From Gammaproteobacteria bacterium (GTDB lineage: Bacteria > Pseudomonadota > Gammaproteobacteria > Ga0077554 > Ga007554): a stretch of 64,000 bases of DNA. Positions 53,092 to 62,743 of this stretch are shown here, in pieces. The DNA lies in contig JADDKJ010000015.1 in assembly GCA_033717875.1 (NCBI GenBank), positions 285 through 64,284 on the forward strand. Reading direction: 5' to 3'. Position 1 is the first letter of the stretch. Each line of letters begins with the position of its first letter. The translations under genes were made by a program, and so were the position numbers. A model generated the notes under the pieces. That model saw nothing but the letters and a program-made list of their open reading frames with translations. It searched no databases and was not told the origin of the DNA.

Positions 53092-53869
53092 GTGATATTC
53101 CTTCGGAAAAAGAAATGGAGTTTAGTTTTGTCTGCAATGCCCGGAAGGCGATGCCGCGCTCATCACCCAGCACAAAGGTACAGACACCCTTGGCGCTCCA
53201 GGCTTCGTAATCGCCTTCGGCTCTGGGAATGGCGCAGTACGGTACGCCGACCTGGTCGCATGCCTGATGAATCCGCTGGAGTGCCTGCTGTACCGGTTCG
53301 GCCGCGATTTGCCAGGGGAAACCGCAGGATTGGGATAAATCCGCTGCGCCCTCCAGCACCAGGTCCACACCGGGCACCGACAGAATGTCGGCGATGCGTT
53401 CGACGCCGGCCAAGCTCTCGATCATGGGCACAACCATGATTTCATTGTTGGCCTTCGCTATATATTCAGCTAGGCCGTGCTTGCCAAACGAACCGGGACG
53501 GCCGCCGTTCAAGCTGCGCGATCCCACCGGATAGTATTTGCAGCCCGCGATAATGCGCTGCATCTCATCGGCGTTCTCCACCCTGGGCACGACGATGCCT
53601 TGTGCGCCGCCGTCCAGCGCCCGGAGAATTTCCTTGAGGCTGATGTCCGACACACGCACTAACGGCGTGAGGCCGACCGCCTCGGCCGCCCGGATCATGT
53701 TCTCCAGTGTTTCTGGGTTCACCATGACATGTTCCGTATCGATGATCACGAAATCGAAACCTGCCTCGCCGATCAGCTCGACCGCTACCGGCGACGGGAT
53801 AGAACAAAACAGGCCGAACGCCGACTGCTTCCGGCGCAGTTTTTGTTTAAGCAGGTTGGGCCTTAACAC
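53078..53869 (-). CDS. acsB: HpcH/HpaI aldolase-citrate lyase family (AcsB/SbnG-like)
   Basis: GFDFVIIDTEH, LDGGAQGIVVP, MIES..GV, EGAADLS. GTG start at 53869. Confidence 0.82.
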   Translation of the reverse strand: MLRPNLLKQKLRRKQSAFGLFCSIPSPVAVELIGEAGFDFVIIDTEHVMVNPETLENMIRAAEAVGLTPLVRVSDISLKEILRALDGGAQGIVVPRVENADEMQRIIAGCKYYPVGSRSLNGGRPGSFGKHGLAEYIAKANNEIMVVPMIESLAGVERIADILSVPGVDLVLEGAADLSQSCGFPWQIAAEPVQQALQRIHQACDQVGVPYCAIPRAEGDYEAWSAKGVCTFVLGDERGIAFRALQTKLNSISFSEGISRDNK

Positions 53870-55737
53870 GATGACAACCTGAATGCGTGCAATGGATTGG
53901 GAACCTTTTTGAATCGCGGCTCGCTGTCGCCCAGGAGCCGCCGCTTGGTCAACTCTTCGACTTGAAAGGTTTGCGCGAACACATCGAACGCTTTGAAACG
54001 TGCTTCGTGTTGCGGATGCCTCATTTGGTACTCCCGTATCACCGTCGCCGTCATGGACCAGAATTCCTTTTCCGGTAACTCGTAGTGCTGAGCGAGGAAG
54101 ATCGCCAGCTCGCCCAGACAGATAAAAAAGAATGAATCGCAGGAAAAATCCCTGACGGCATCCAGATCGTCGGTGAGGATGAAGGAGTTGCGATTGATAC
54201 GTGCGTGGCTGGCGGGCACCGGAACCAACTCGGGACAATGTTCCGGATACGCCAAGTGCCGTGGGGAGAAGCGCACGCCATCGTGAAAGTCCTTCAACGC
54301 GATGCGTACCGGCCAACCGTCCTTGTGGATCAGCATAATATTCTGTGCATGTGATTCCATGCCGATGCCGTGCCCAAACAGCATGTGAATGATCGGGCTT
54401 GCCGTCACGTGAAGCAGCTGTTCTGTCCACGCGCGCAAGCCGTGCTGCCGCATCCACGTATCGATCAGTGGGCGGCCATCGTCTTCCACATGGCAGAGTC
54501 CATTGAACGGCGCCGCGGATTCTCCTTGACGCAAATAGCGGTGCAGGCTTTCGCGCCAAATCGCGCCCAGCGTTCCGTACGCCTTCAACTTTCGGTTTTC
54601 CGGCATGGAGCCATAGTCGTAGCTCACCCCCAGCACCTCGCCAAGAATGACGAAATCGAGCTCTTTGGCATACGAATCCCATTCGATCAAACCTTGCAGC
54701 CAGTCCGTGACGATGGGGCCGTTCATCACGGTGTGCGCGGCCAGAATCCGGCTACTGGATGTGTTGGTGATGCTCAGCGATAGCTTGATGTAAGCCTTTT
54801 GCTTGGCGCTGTAGTTAGCCAGCGTGCGAATCGATTGTTGCGCCCGATAATTGTCCTGCCCGGCTCCCAGCCAAACGATGTCCTGTTTGACCAGTTCAGG
54901 ATGAAAGAGGGGGATGATCCGCTCTTGCCACTGCCATGGATGTACCGGCATCAGCCAATAATCGTCGATATTCTTGTTTTGCTGCTGTAGAACGGAAGCA
55001 AAGCACCGGTAATCCGGATCGCCCAACTCTTGCTCAATGAATGTCCGGTAGTCGATCCTCGCCGAATGGTTCATGCGGCTGTTCATTTTATGAACAGCAA
55101 TCCAATTCACCTGAAGTAGTTGTTTGAACTCCGGCCCATAGAGTCGGTTGTCGTTCAGGGTAAAACCGATGCGGGACTTGTAGCAGGGATGATAGAGATG
55201 CGCATCCATGATGTCGCCTTCCAGCTCGTCATAGCCGCGCTGCGCCGCAGGCAGCCGAATGGGCCGGGGCTGGCTTTGCGCCTGCAGGTCCTTCAACAAG
55301 GTCTGTTCCAGCTCGTTCATGAAGGCCGTCAAGTGTTCGGCATGAGGAATCTGGCGAACGATTTCGGCGAAAACGTCTTGCAAGCTGGTCGGCCTTGGCT
55401 CGCTGTCACCGGATAACCGGACTATCGGTCCTTTGTCCAGCTTTGCCAGTCCAAAGCTGTCTTTGAACCGACCCGGACAATGATATCGAACGATTTGGCC
55501 GTCGGGTGTTTTACCTTCCAATAGAAACGCACATGCGCTATTGGACGCGGCGCCGTCGAGATATTCATAAGACAGGATATTTTCGTAAATGAGCGCCTGA
55601 ATCAATTGCCTGACGACACGCTGCTCCACCTCTGCATAATAATGCTTCGATTGCAGGACGTTGATCCAGCTCGCGTCTGGATCGTTTTCATCGTTTCGGA
55701 TTTGGTTCCCGATTTCCTTGGCTTCCAGAATGTTCAT
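53863..55737 (-). CDS. acsC: NIS siderophore synthetase, AcsC-like (type C)
   Basis: RVVRQL.QALIYE, HLYHPCYKSRIGF, PVHPWQW, AQQSIRTL, ESHAQN, KDFHDG. Confidence 0.82.
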   Translation of the reverse strand: MNILEAKEIGNQIRNDENDPDASWINVLQSKHYYAEVEQRVVRQLIQALIYENILSYEYLDGAASNSACAFLLEGKTPDGQIVRYHCPGRFKDSFGLAKLDKGPIVRLSGDSEPRPTSLQDVFAEIVRQIPHAEHLTAFMNELEQTLLKDLQAQSQPRPIRLPAAQRGYDELEGDIMDAHLYHPCYKSRIGFTLNDNRLYGPEFKQLLQVNWIAVHKMNSRMNHSARIDYRTFIEQELGDPDYRCFASVLQQQNKNIDDYWLMPVHPWQWQERIIPLFHPELVKQDIVWLGAGQDNYRAQQSIRTLANYSAKQKAYIKLSLSITNTSSSRILAAHTVMNGPIVTDWLQGLIEWDSYAKELDFVILGEVLGVSYDYGSMPENRKLKAYGTLGAIWRESLHRYLRQGESAAPFNGLCHVEDDGRPLIDTWMRQHGLRAWTEQLLHVTASPIIHMLFGHGIGMESHAQNIMLIHKDGWPVRIALKDFHDGVRFSPRHLAYPEHCPELVPVPASHARINRNSFILTDDLDAVRDFSCDSFFFICLGELAIFLAQHYELPEKEFWSMTATVIREYQMRHPQHEARFKAFDVFAQTFQVEELTKRRLLGDSEPRFKKVPNPLHAFRLSSC

Positions 55738-55770
55738 GTTCGTACCTTTATTTAAACCTTATTTAAATTG

Positions 55771-57207
55771 TCAGAAGGAACCCGCCGCAGCTTGTTGCTG
55801 CTTGGCGTACTGGTCGGTCTTGGGCAGCAACAGCGCCAGTGGCAGGGTTAAAAGAATCAGCAGGCCAATGGCGACGAATATCTCGTTGATGGCGGTAACG
55901 CTTGCGCTTGCAGACGCCAAGCCGTCACTCATCAATTGCGTGCGGCGCATTTCGAAATAAATGGATACCAGCACGATCGCCACCGAGGCCGTTACCCTTC
56001 TGAGAATATTGTTCATGGCCGAGCCTTCGGTAACGAGATGCTCGGGGATGGCATTGAGGCCAGCGGTTGTGACGGGAATATAAGACAGCCCCAGACCAAT
56101 GCCGCGCGCCATCATCAAGGCAAAAATCAACCATAGGGAGGAATGTTCGTTGATGAAGCCGAAGGCCATGGTCGATACGGCGCTCAATATAAGCCCCGTC
56201 GTCACCACCCCCCGGGGTCCTTTCGCATCCAGAAGCGTCCCGCCAAGACTCGCGAACGCGCTGGCGCATACCGCCGTGGCGAACAAGGCCAGACCGGTCC
56301 AGATCGCGCCATATCCCAGCACTGTCTGCATCAACAACGGCAGCAGCACAATGCTGCCGAACATACCGATCGATTGCGCGACTACCACCACCACGCTCAG
56401 GCAGTAACTGCCGATGGCAAAAATACGAAGGCTCAACAAGGGGTGCGATTTGCCCAACTCCACTCTGACAAATAGCGTGAGACACAATAGCGCCGCGATA
56501 AGCAAGGAAATATTCAATGGATCCGTGAGCGCGGCTTGGTCCGTCAGCCGGCTCAGCGTGACCAGCAAGACCCCGATTCCCAGCGTAACCAATACAAATC
56601 CTTGCCAATCGAATCTCTGCGGCGTGCGCTCCGAAGACGCGGGCAGGCAGTAAATCCCGATCATTCCTCCAATAACGCCAGTGGGAATGTTCATCACAAA
56701 CAGGGCACGCCAGTCGAAGAACTGGAGTAACAAGCCGCCCACGACGGGGCCCACGGCCGGCGCGAGCATTACCGCCATGCCCCACAGGCCTGTGATCTTG
56801 CCTCGTTGATCCTTGGGGTAGACCTCGAAGATCAGCGCGAGCGACAGCGGAATCATCAGGCCGCTGGCCACGCCCTGAATACTTCTCGCGGCGATCACCC
56901 ACGGCATGGACGTCGCCAGCGCGCCGATACAAGATCCCCCAATAAACAAAGCCAGTCCGGATAAATACACTGTTTTCTTGCCGAATTTATGACTTAGAAA
57001 TGCAGTGGCCGGCATCGTCATGCCCATGCTGATCATGAATCCGGTGATGATCCAGCTCGCCGCCACTGCGCCTATACCGAACGCGTCCATGAATTCGGGA
57101 ATGGCCGGGTTCAGCGCAGTGTTGTTGAGACTGACCGTGAGGGTTCCGAGCAGTACGGTGAAAACGATTAGCCACCGTGGGGCTAGCCTCGATGACAATG
57201 GACTCAT
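55771..57207 (-). CDS. DHA2 (EmrB/QacA) MFS exporter, YhcA-like siderophore efflux
   Basis: About 14 hydrophobic segments, APAVGPVVGG, WRALF..NIP, FDWQG. Confidence 0.9.
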   Translation of the reverse strand: MSPLSSRLAPRWLIVFTVLLGTLTVSLNNTALNPAIPEFMDAFGIGAVAASWIITGFMISMGMTMPATAFLSHKFGKKTVYLSGLALFIGGSCIGALATSMPWVIAARSIQGVASGLMIPLSLALIFEVYPKDQRGKITGLWGMAVMLAPAVGPVVGGLLLQFFDWRALFVMNIPTGVIGGMIGIYCLPASSERTPQRFDWQGFVLVTLGIGVLLVTLSRLTDQAALTDPLNISLLIAALLCLTLFVRVELGKSHPLLSLRIFAIGSYCLSVVVVVAQSIGMFGSIVLLPLLMQTVLGYGAIWTGLALFATAVCASAFASLGGTLLDAKGPRGVVTTGLILSAVSTMAFGFINEHSSLWLIFALMMARGIGLGLSYIPVTTAGLNAIPEHLVTEGSAMNNILRRVTASVAIVLVSIYFEMRRTQLMSDGLASASASVTAINEIFVAIGLLILLTLPLALLLPKTDQYAKQQQAAAGSF

Positions 57208-58586
57208 GCTATTGCGCTTATTCCCTGTGGTGTTCTGCAAGCTTCACGCACGGCTTCCGAGAAGATTTGCGCGATACAGTCCATCTGAGTTTCCGTGACA
57301 ATCAGCGGAGGCAGGAATCTGACCACGGAGGAATGTCTGCCGCCCAACTCAAGGATCAGTCCTTTCTGAAAACATTTACGCTGAATCAAGGCCGCCAGTT
57401 CCGGATTCGCCAAGGGCTGGCCCAGTGAGTCGGTCTTACCTTGCCCATGAACGACCTCGACGCCGATCATCAGCCCCAGCCCGCGTACATCGCCGATTTC
57501 GCTTACGTCATGCTTGAGCGCGATCAGCCGTTGCATCAGTTGCCGACCGCGAAGCGACGCCTGCTCCGGAATATTCTGACTCCTGATGAACTTCAGGCTC
57601 GCCAGTCCTGCCGCCATCGCCAGTTGATTTCCGCGAAAAGTGCCAGTGTGAGCGCCAGGTTTCCAGTGATCGAATTGCTTCCGGTAGACCAGCACGGACA
57701 GGGGCAGGCTGCCGCCAATCGCTTTCGACAACACAAGAATGTCCGGCACGATGCCGGCGTGTTCGAAAGCGAACAGCTTTCCCGTTCTGCCGAACCCAGT
57801 CTGTACCTCGTCGAGAATCAAGAGGATGCCGTACTCTTCGGTAATGCTGCGTATTTCACGCAGCCACTCGACTGGCGCTGGAATAGCGCCGCCTTCTCCC
57901 TGCACCGCTTCCAGTACCATGGCCGCGGGGAGTCGCACGCCGCTTTCAGGATCGCTCAGAATACTTCGTATATAGCGGGCGCTGAGTCGGTGGCATTGCT
58001 CTCCACCCACTCCGAACGGACAACGGTACGAATAGGGATACGGAAGAAAATGCACATCTGGCATCAGTCCTTGGATCTCGCCTTTTTGGTGGAGCGTTCC
58101 GCTCAGACTCATCGTGGCATGCGTTGAGCCATGATAGCCACCGTGAAAGGCGAACACCCCGCTTCGGCCGGTGACCGTCTTGGCGAGCTTGACCGCCGCT
58201 TCAACCGCATCGGCGCCCGTCGGAGCACAAAAATGAATGTGGGCGTTTCTCGAAAATTCCTCCGGCAGACTGGCAAAGAGCTCGTCGACAAACGCTTCCT
58301 TCAGCGGCGTCGTAATGTCCAGCGTATGCAATGGCACGTTTTGGTCGAGCGTGGATTTGATTGCATCGATCACCACGGGGTGATTGTGCCCCAACGCCAA
58401 TGTTCCGGCGCCTGCAAGGCAATCGTAATAGGTCTTGCCATCCATGTCCGTGACATAAATGCCTTCCGCTTTTTTGATCGCCAGCGGCAAGCGTCGGGGA
58501 TAGGATCGAGCGTTGGACTCGCGTGCCGCCTGACTCTCAAGAAGAGACTGGTTCTCGCTACGTTCAATGACAAGTGTTTGCAGCAT
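57204..58586 (-). CDS. acsF: Diaminobutyrate-2-oxoglutarate aminotransferase (AcsF-like)
   Basis: ESNARSYPR, DCLAGAGTLALGHN, EAVQGEGG, DEVQTG.GRTG, LSKAIGG, HTGTFRGN. Confidence 0.88.
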   Translation of the reverse strand: MLQTLVIERSENQSLLESQAARESNARSYPRRLPLAIKKAEGIYVTDMDGKTYYDCLAGAGTLALGHNHPVVIDAIKSTLDQNVPLHTLDITTPLKEAFVDELFASLPEEFSRNAHIHFCAPTGADAVEAAVKLAKTVTGRSGVFAFHGGYHGSTHATMSLSGTLHQKGEIQGLMPDVHFLPYPYSYRCPFGVGGEQCHRLSARYIRSILSDPESGVRLPAAMVLEAVQGEGGAIPAPVEWLREIRSITEEYGILLILDEVQTGFGRTGKLFAFEHAGIVPDILVLSKAIGGSLPLSVLVYRKQFDHWKPGAHTGTFRGNQLAMAAGLASLKFIRSQNIPEQASLRGRQLMQRLIALKHDVSEIGDVRGLGLMIGVEVVHGQGKTDSLGQPLANPELAALIQRKCFQKGLILELGGRHSSVVRFLPPLIVTETQMDCIAQIFSEAVREACRTPQGISAIA

Positions 58587-58591
58587 GACAA

Positions 58592-59833
58592 TTACTCCAT
58601 TGCATTTGTGCGTTTTGATGGGTCCGCTTCGATAAACACCTGATGCGGGCGTGGATGACAAAGAAAGTCGGCATGCGAGATGTTGTAGCCATAGGCGCCA
58701 GCCAGCGGCAATACCAGCAGGTCACCGACCTTGGCGTCTGACAGGACAACGTTGCGGGCAAGCACATCCTTGGGCGTGCAGAGTTGACCGACGACGGTCA
58801 GCGAGCGGGTCGTCTCAGCCGGGCTCTCGCCTGTTCGACGCAGTGGAATATGAATCACCGGATGGTCGTGGGCTTGCGCTGCCGGCAACCGGAATTGATG
58901 GGTACCGCCCCGGCATACCGCGAAACCCTGACCGTGGTTTTGCTTCATATCCAGCACCTGCATCAGGTAGTAACCGCAGAACGCGGTGACAAAGCGACCA
59001 GGCTCGAAACGCACAATCGGCGGATGCTGACAGTGTTTTAGCCGTTTTCCCAAATGCCGGCACAAGCTCGGCCAGTCGAACTGCTCCGACCGCAGATAAT
59101 TCACGCCCATGCCGCCGCCCACATTGAGGTAACGGACTGTTTGCTTATTTGAGGCCAGCGATTTCCAGGAAGGCCATTTATCCAGATACCAATCCAGCAA
59201 TTGCTGATGGCGCTCGACCTGAAGCTGATGAGACATCGCATGAATATGGAAACCGCTCAGAACCAGGCTATCGCTTTGCTCGACCAGCGCCACCGCCTGC
59301 TCCAGTTGCTGCTCGTCGATTCCAAAGGGTGTCGGCGCACCCGCCATCGACAACTTGGTAGTGAGGTGGTCCGGCAACACCGGGTTGATGCGAATCAACA
59401 CCGGTTGCCGGCGATTCAATCTCGTGGCAATCGTGTTCAAGCGGTATATCTCGCCCAGACTTTCCAGATGAATCATCTCCACCCCTTGCGTCAGCGCGTG
59501 ATACAGATCCGAATCCAACTTTCCGGGGCCGGAGAAAATAAAATTGCGGTGCGTTGAGCAATTCAACACGCGCTGGATTTCACCGCCGGAAGAAATTTCG
59601 AAACCATCGACCCAAGGTGCGAGCGTTTCCAAGATTTCCGGCTCACTGTTGGCCTTGATGGCGTAGTACAGTTCAACCCCTTCCGGCAGAAACGACTTGA
59701 GCCATTGTGCGTGGCTCCGAAGCGCGTTGAGGTCATAGACGAAGGCCGATACTGGATCCGAATGCTCATCTGCCAGCGCTCTTGCCTGATCTACGACGAT
59801 TGCCGGCAAGCGGTTCGTCAACCGGGGCATCAT
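58592..59833 (-). CDS. acsE: PLP-dependent Orn/DAP/Arg-type decarboxylase (AcsE/PvsE-like)
   Basis: YAIKAN, SGPGK, NVGGG.G, FEPGRF, GQLCTPKD, AGAYG..ISH..FL.H. Confidence 0.85.
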   Translation of the reverse strand: MMPRLTNRLPAIVVDQARALADEHSDPVSAFVYDLNALRSHAQWLKSFLPEGVELYYAIKANSEPEILETLAPWVDGFEISSGGEIQRVLNCSTHRNFIFSGPGKLDSDLYHALTQGVEMIHLESLGEIYRLNTIATRLNRRQPVLIRINPVLPDHLTTKLSMAGAPTPFGIDEQQLEQAVALVEQSDSLVLSGFHIHAMSHQLQVERHQQLLDWYLDKWPSWKSLASNKQTVRYLNVGGGMGVNYLRSEQFDWPSLCRHLGKRLKHCQHPPIVRFEPGRFVTAFCGYYLMQVLDMKQNHGQGFAVCRGGTHQFRLPAAQAHDHPVIHIPLRRTGESPAETTRSLTVVGQLCTPKDVLARNVVLSDAKVGDLLVLPLAGAYGYNISHADFLCHPRPHQVFIEADPSKRTNAME

Positions 59834-61608
59834 AGTGATACCTCCTTCCATGGCGAACGAAGCTGGACATAGCTGGCGAATTTGTCGGCCTCTGCTGCCA
59901 GTCTGATCTTGAAATTGGTTTTACAGGGAATGGTCCCGCCGCGAAGCAGATCGTCCAGTTCCGGTGCTGGAGACTGCAGCGCTGAGCGGATTTCCTGAAG
60001 CTCTTGATGCACCAACTGCCACATGGCCGGCGCAATCTGGGGCTGACCATGCGTCAGCGCCAAGATTGCCTCGGAAAGATTATTAACCAGCAGGCAATAG
60101 GCGATGCGGCTCCAACCCTGTGATCGTGAGTATTCCAATGCTTGTTTTACCCGTGCGGGTGTCTCCTCTGGAATCCATTGTATGCCGCGGTCGGCGGTCA
60201 GCTTCACACCTTCATAATCGCGCAGCAACAACTTGACAGCTTGTCCATTCCGGTGCACCAGCACCGTATTTTGCAAGTGCGGCTCGAACACCACCCCGTG
60301 ATTGAAAAACATGCTCAATACCGGGCGTAGCAACAACGCTGCATAGCGCTGAAACCACTGCAACAGATCATCTACGGCCGGAACCCTGTCCAAGTGCCGC
60401 GCAAGAAAAGGCAGGATATTGGGTAATAGGGACAAGTCCCGACCAAACAGCGTACCAGCCATCAGGCAATCGTTCGCGCCTTCGGCCAGACAGAAATTGC
60501 GTCGCAGGATCGCGCCGGTTTGTTCCCGGAACCAAATCCTGTCATCATCGGAATGATCGGACGGGGACCAGCTGATCGCCGCCGGTTCGGCAACGGTTTG
60601 CAACCCTCCTGTGGAATCGGCATGCGCTTCGATTAAATGCTGAAGGAGGCGATCGATGATCAGGGCGCTTTCCAACTCGTACCAGGCGTTCTTGCGCACA
60701 CAATTGGTGATACGTATGTTCAGCGAGCCTTTGATAAAGTAATCATGTCCCTCTACATAAAGCGTTCGCACCGAAGCGGTGGGAAACGCCCGGAAACCGG
60801 TTTCCCCCAAATCCCGAATACGACCCCCATCCAGCACGCGCTGAACCCGCCAATCCGCTCGGAAAAGCTCCGCCTGAATCGGGTGCATGCTGATGATCGC
60901 GTTTCCCGGCCGCGCGCTGGATTGATTAGCGAATCCGGTTAGCACTTGTTGCTCGGAGAGGCTGTTGGCGCCGATCCATAGTTCATCGAGCGGCACCTCG
61001 AACAAGTGCAGCCGCAATGACACACCAAACTCGGGGGAAAAATCCTCCTGTCGAAGCGACAGTGGCCACAGCCTTGCTTTCGGTGCCGCTTGCGTCGGAT
61101 GCCCAAACCAGAGACATTGTTCACTGCTCAGATAATTGGCAAGCGGCTGTGTCGTCTCGTCCGCGAAATTCGCCACAATGGCTCGCTTCAGATCGCGGCT
61201 GGCGAGAATTTGTGTCAGCAGTTCCGGATTGCGCTTTTGCATCACGGCAGAGCAGCTATCCACCATGTATTCGGCCAATAAGCCCGCATCGAGGCGCTGC
61301 CAGCGTCCGCGATTACGCTTGCCGAAAACGTCCGACAAGTAGTATTGGCTGCCCAATGCATCCTGCCGGTCGACCAGCACCAGGAATCGGGTGCCATCCG
61401 GCATTTGAACCATCAACGGCATCGCCTGCCGAGACCGAACCCGACGATATAGCTGGAAAGGCAAACTCAAGGGCTCCTTGCGCCAGTCGTCGTTCAGCAG
61501 CGACAGCGGCAGTGCAAATTCCTTGATCAGACAATTGAGCAGCGAGTGACAAGCCGCCTGGTCACCAATGACCTGGGAATAGGACGCGCAGGACGGATGA
61601 TGGCTCAT
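59830..61608 (-). CDS. acsD: NIS siderophore synthetase, AcsD/PvsD-like (type A)
   Basis: LLNCLIKEFA, EQ.LWFGHP, PTASVRT, RITNCVRKN, EPHLQN, RDYEG. Confidence 0.85.
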   Translation of the reverse strand: MSHHPSCASYSQVIGDQAACHSLLNCLIKEFALPLSLLNDDWRKEPLSLPFQLYRRVRSRQAMPLMVQMPDGTRFLVLVDRQDALGSQYYLSDVFGKRNRGRWQRLDAGLLAEYMVDSCSAVMQKRNPELLTQILASRDLKRAIVANFADETTQPLANYLSSEQCLWFGHPTQAAPKARLWPLSLRQEDFSPEFGVSLRLHLFEVPLDELWIGANSLSEQQVLTGFANQSSARPGNAIISMHPIQAELFRADWRVQRVLDGGRIRDLGETGFRAFPTASVRTLYVEGHDYFIKGSLNIRITNCVRKNAWYELESALIIDRLLQHLIEAHADSTGGLQTVAEPAAISWSPSDHSDDDRIWFREQTGAILRRNFCLAEGANDCLMAGTLFGRDLSLLPNILPFLARHLDRVPAVDDLLQWFQRYAALLLRPVLSMFFNHGVVFEPHLQNTVLVHRNGQAVKLLLRDYEGVKLTADRGIQWIPEETPARVKQALEYSRSQGWSRIAYCLLVNNLSEAILALTHGQPQIAPAMWQLVHQELQEIRSALQSPAPELDDLLRGGTIPCKTNFKIRLAAEADKFASYVQLRSPWKEVSL

Positions 61609-62573
61609 ACCGCGGCTTCTAGAACGGGATGGACAAGCGTCATACCGGCTTCAAGGCGATGCAGCGGTTTGACCGGAATGCCCAGACAAATCTTGGTCGT
61701 TTCTCTGAACAAGCCACCACCAAGTTGCGCATTCACGGCAAATTCGGATTCATCATCATGAAGGCCGTTATGAATTTCCCTTATCCGTATCCCTTTATCG
61801 GTTACTGCATATTCCACATGATGGCGGCCCAACCCGAGATCGAGCTCTGAAACCAGCGCAAGCAGTTCGTCGCAACGAGGCGGCCGCTGCATGAAAGACT
61901 GAATTAGTTTCGTGCGGTACTTGTCATCGTTGAACTGAATGTGGCTACCACAGAGGACGACAAAACCGTCCGGCGTGCCAAGGCCATCCAGTGCATACAC
62001 CTCTCCCTCCTGATGTTTTTCGACGAGAGCATAGCCATCGCGTATTTCTGCCAACCGATGTTTCAGATCCGCAGGATTCCCAACGATTGATCCGCCGGTT
62101 GCTATATCGGTTTCGAGTGGCTGCACCGTAACAGGAAACACTCCGGCATCGATGTCTACCCCTGGTTCGGAACAATTCATGACCCATCGGTAACGCGGCG
62201 AGGGTTCCAGCTCAAAACGATTGCGAAGGGCAAATCTCTGATCACACAGAACGGCACTACGCCATGATGACCCGGGCAGCCTCAAATAATCCGCCATCAA
62301 GGCTGCACAGACCTGCAAGCTGGCGTCCGTAGCAATCACCCCGGAAAATTTCAGGTCCTGCACGGATAGGAGACGAGCGACAGAAAGCGGATTGAAGATG
62401 TCACACTCGAGCAATTTGCATTGGCGGTATACGGATGACTCTTTCGCCCGCAAGAGATGCTCTCTGGCACAATCCGTCAGAATAGTTATCCTTAACTTGA
62501 GATCGGTAGCCGCCGGAATGAATCCTTCTTCCAGGAATCGGGTTGGCACATGAGAGAGTAACAATAATTCCAT
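61605..62573 (-). CDS. Divergent PvsA-like ATP-grasp-fold protein
   Basis: N-terminus LLLSHVP....EGFIPAA..L...ILTD resembles the vibrioferrin ligase PvsA as I recall it. CDIFNP, E....G..Y..D, G..HVEY....GIRI.EI. Confidence 0.65.
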   Translation of the reverse strand: MELLLLSHVPTRFLEEGFIPAATDLKLRITILTDCAREHLLRAKESSVYRQCKLLECDIFNPLSVARLLSVQDLKFSGVIATDASLQVCAALMADYLRLPGSSWRSAVLCDQRFALRNRFELEPSPRYRWVMNCSEPGVDIDAGVFPVTVQPLETDIATGGSIVGNPADLKHRLAEIRDGYALVEKHQEGEVYALDGLGTPDGFVVLCGSHIQFNDDKYRTKLIQSFMQRPPRCDELLALVSELDLGLGRHHVEYAVTDKGIRIREIHNGLHDDESEFAVNAQLGGGLFRETTKICLGIPVKPLHRLEAGMTLVHPVLEAAV

Positions 62574-62645
62574 CTAACATCTTCCTCGCGTCAATGAATT
62601 CCACGCGTCAATGAATAAACAACAATTCATACCAGTTACGGATAA

Positions 62646-62667
62646 CCGGAACGATTCTCATTTACTA
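62646..62667 (-). promoter_or_regulatory. Probable Fur box of the siderophore operon
   Basis: Minus strand TAAATGAGAATCGTTCC, about 80 bp upstream of the first gene. Confidence 0.65.
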
Positions 62668-62698
62668 TGACGAAGGAGCGTTAAAGAAATTTAGGTCC

Positions 62699-62735
62699 GA
62701 TATTTCGTGCGCTATTGCACAGCGCACGAAATATC
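62699..62735. repeat. 15-bp perfect inverted repeat (terminator or operator)
   Basis: GATATTTCGTGCGCT-ATTGCAC-AGCGCACGAAATATC. Confidence 0.7.
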
Positions 62736-62743
62736 CAAGTTAT

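Noticed and set aside
53870-54682. Long N-terminal extension of the aldolase ORF (534 aa)
   Set aside because: It overlaps acsC in another frame; homology starts at the GTG at 53869. ORF-track extensions of trbE, trbC, DUF2274 and the TonB receptor were trimmed for similar reasons.
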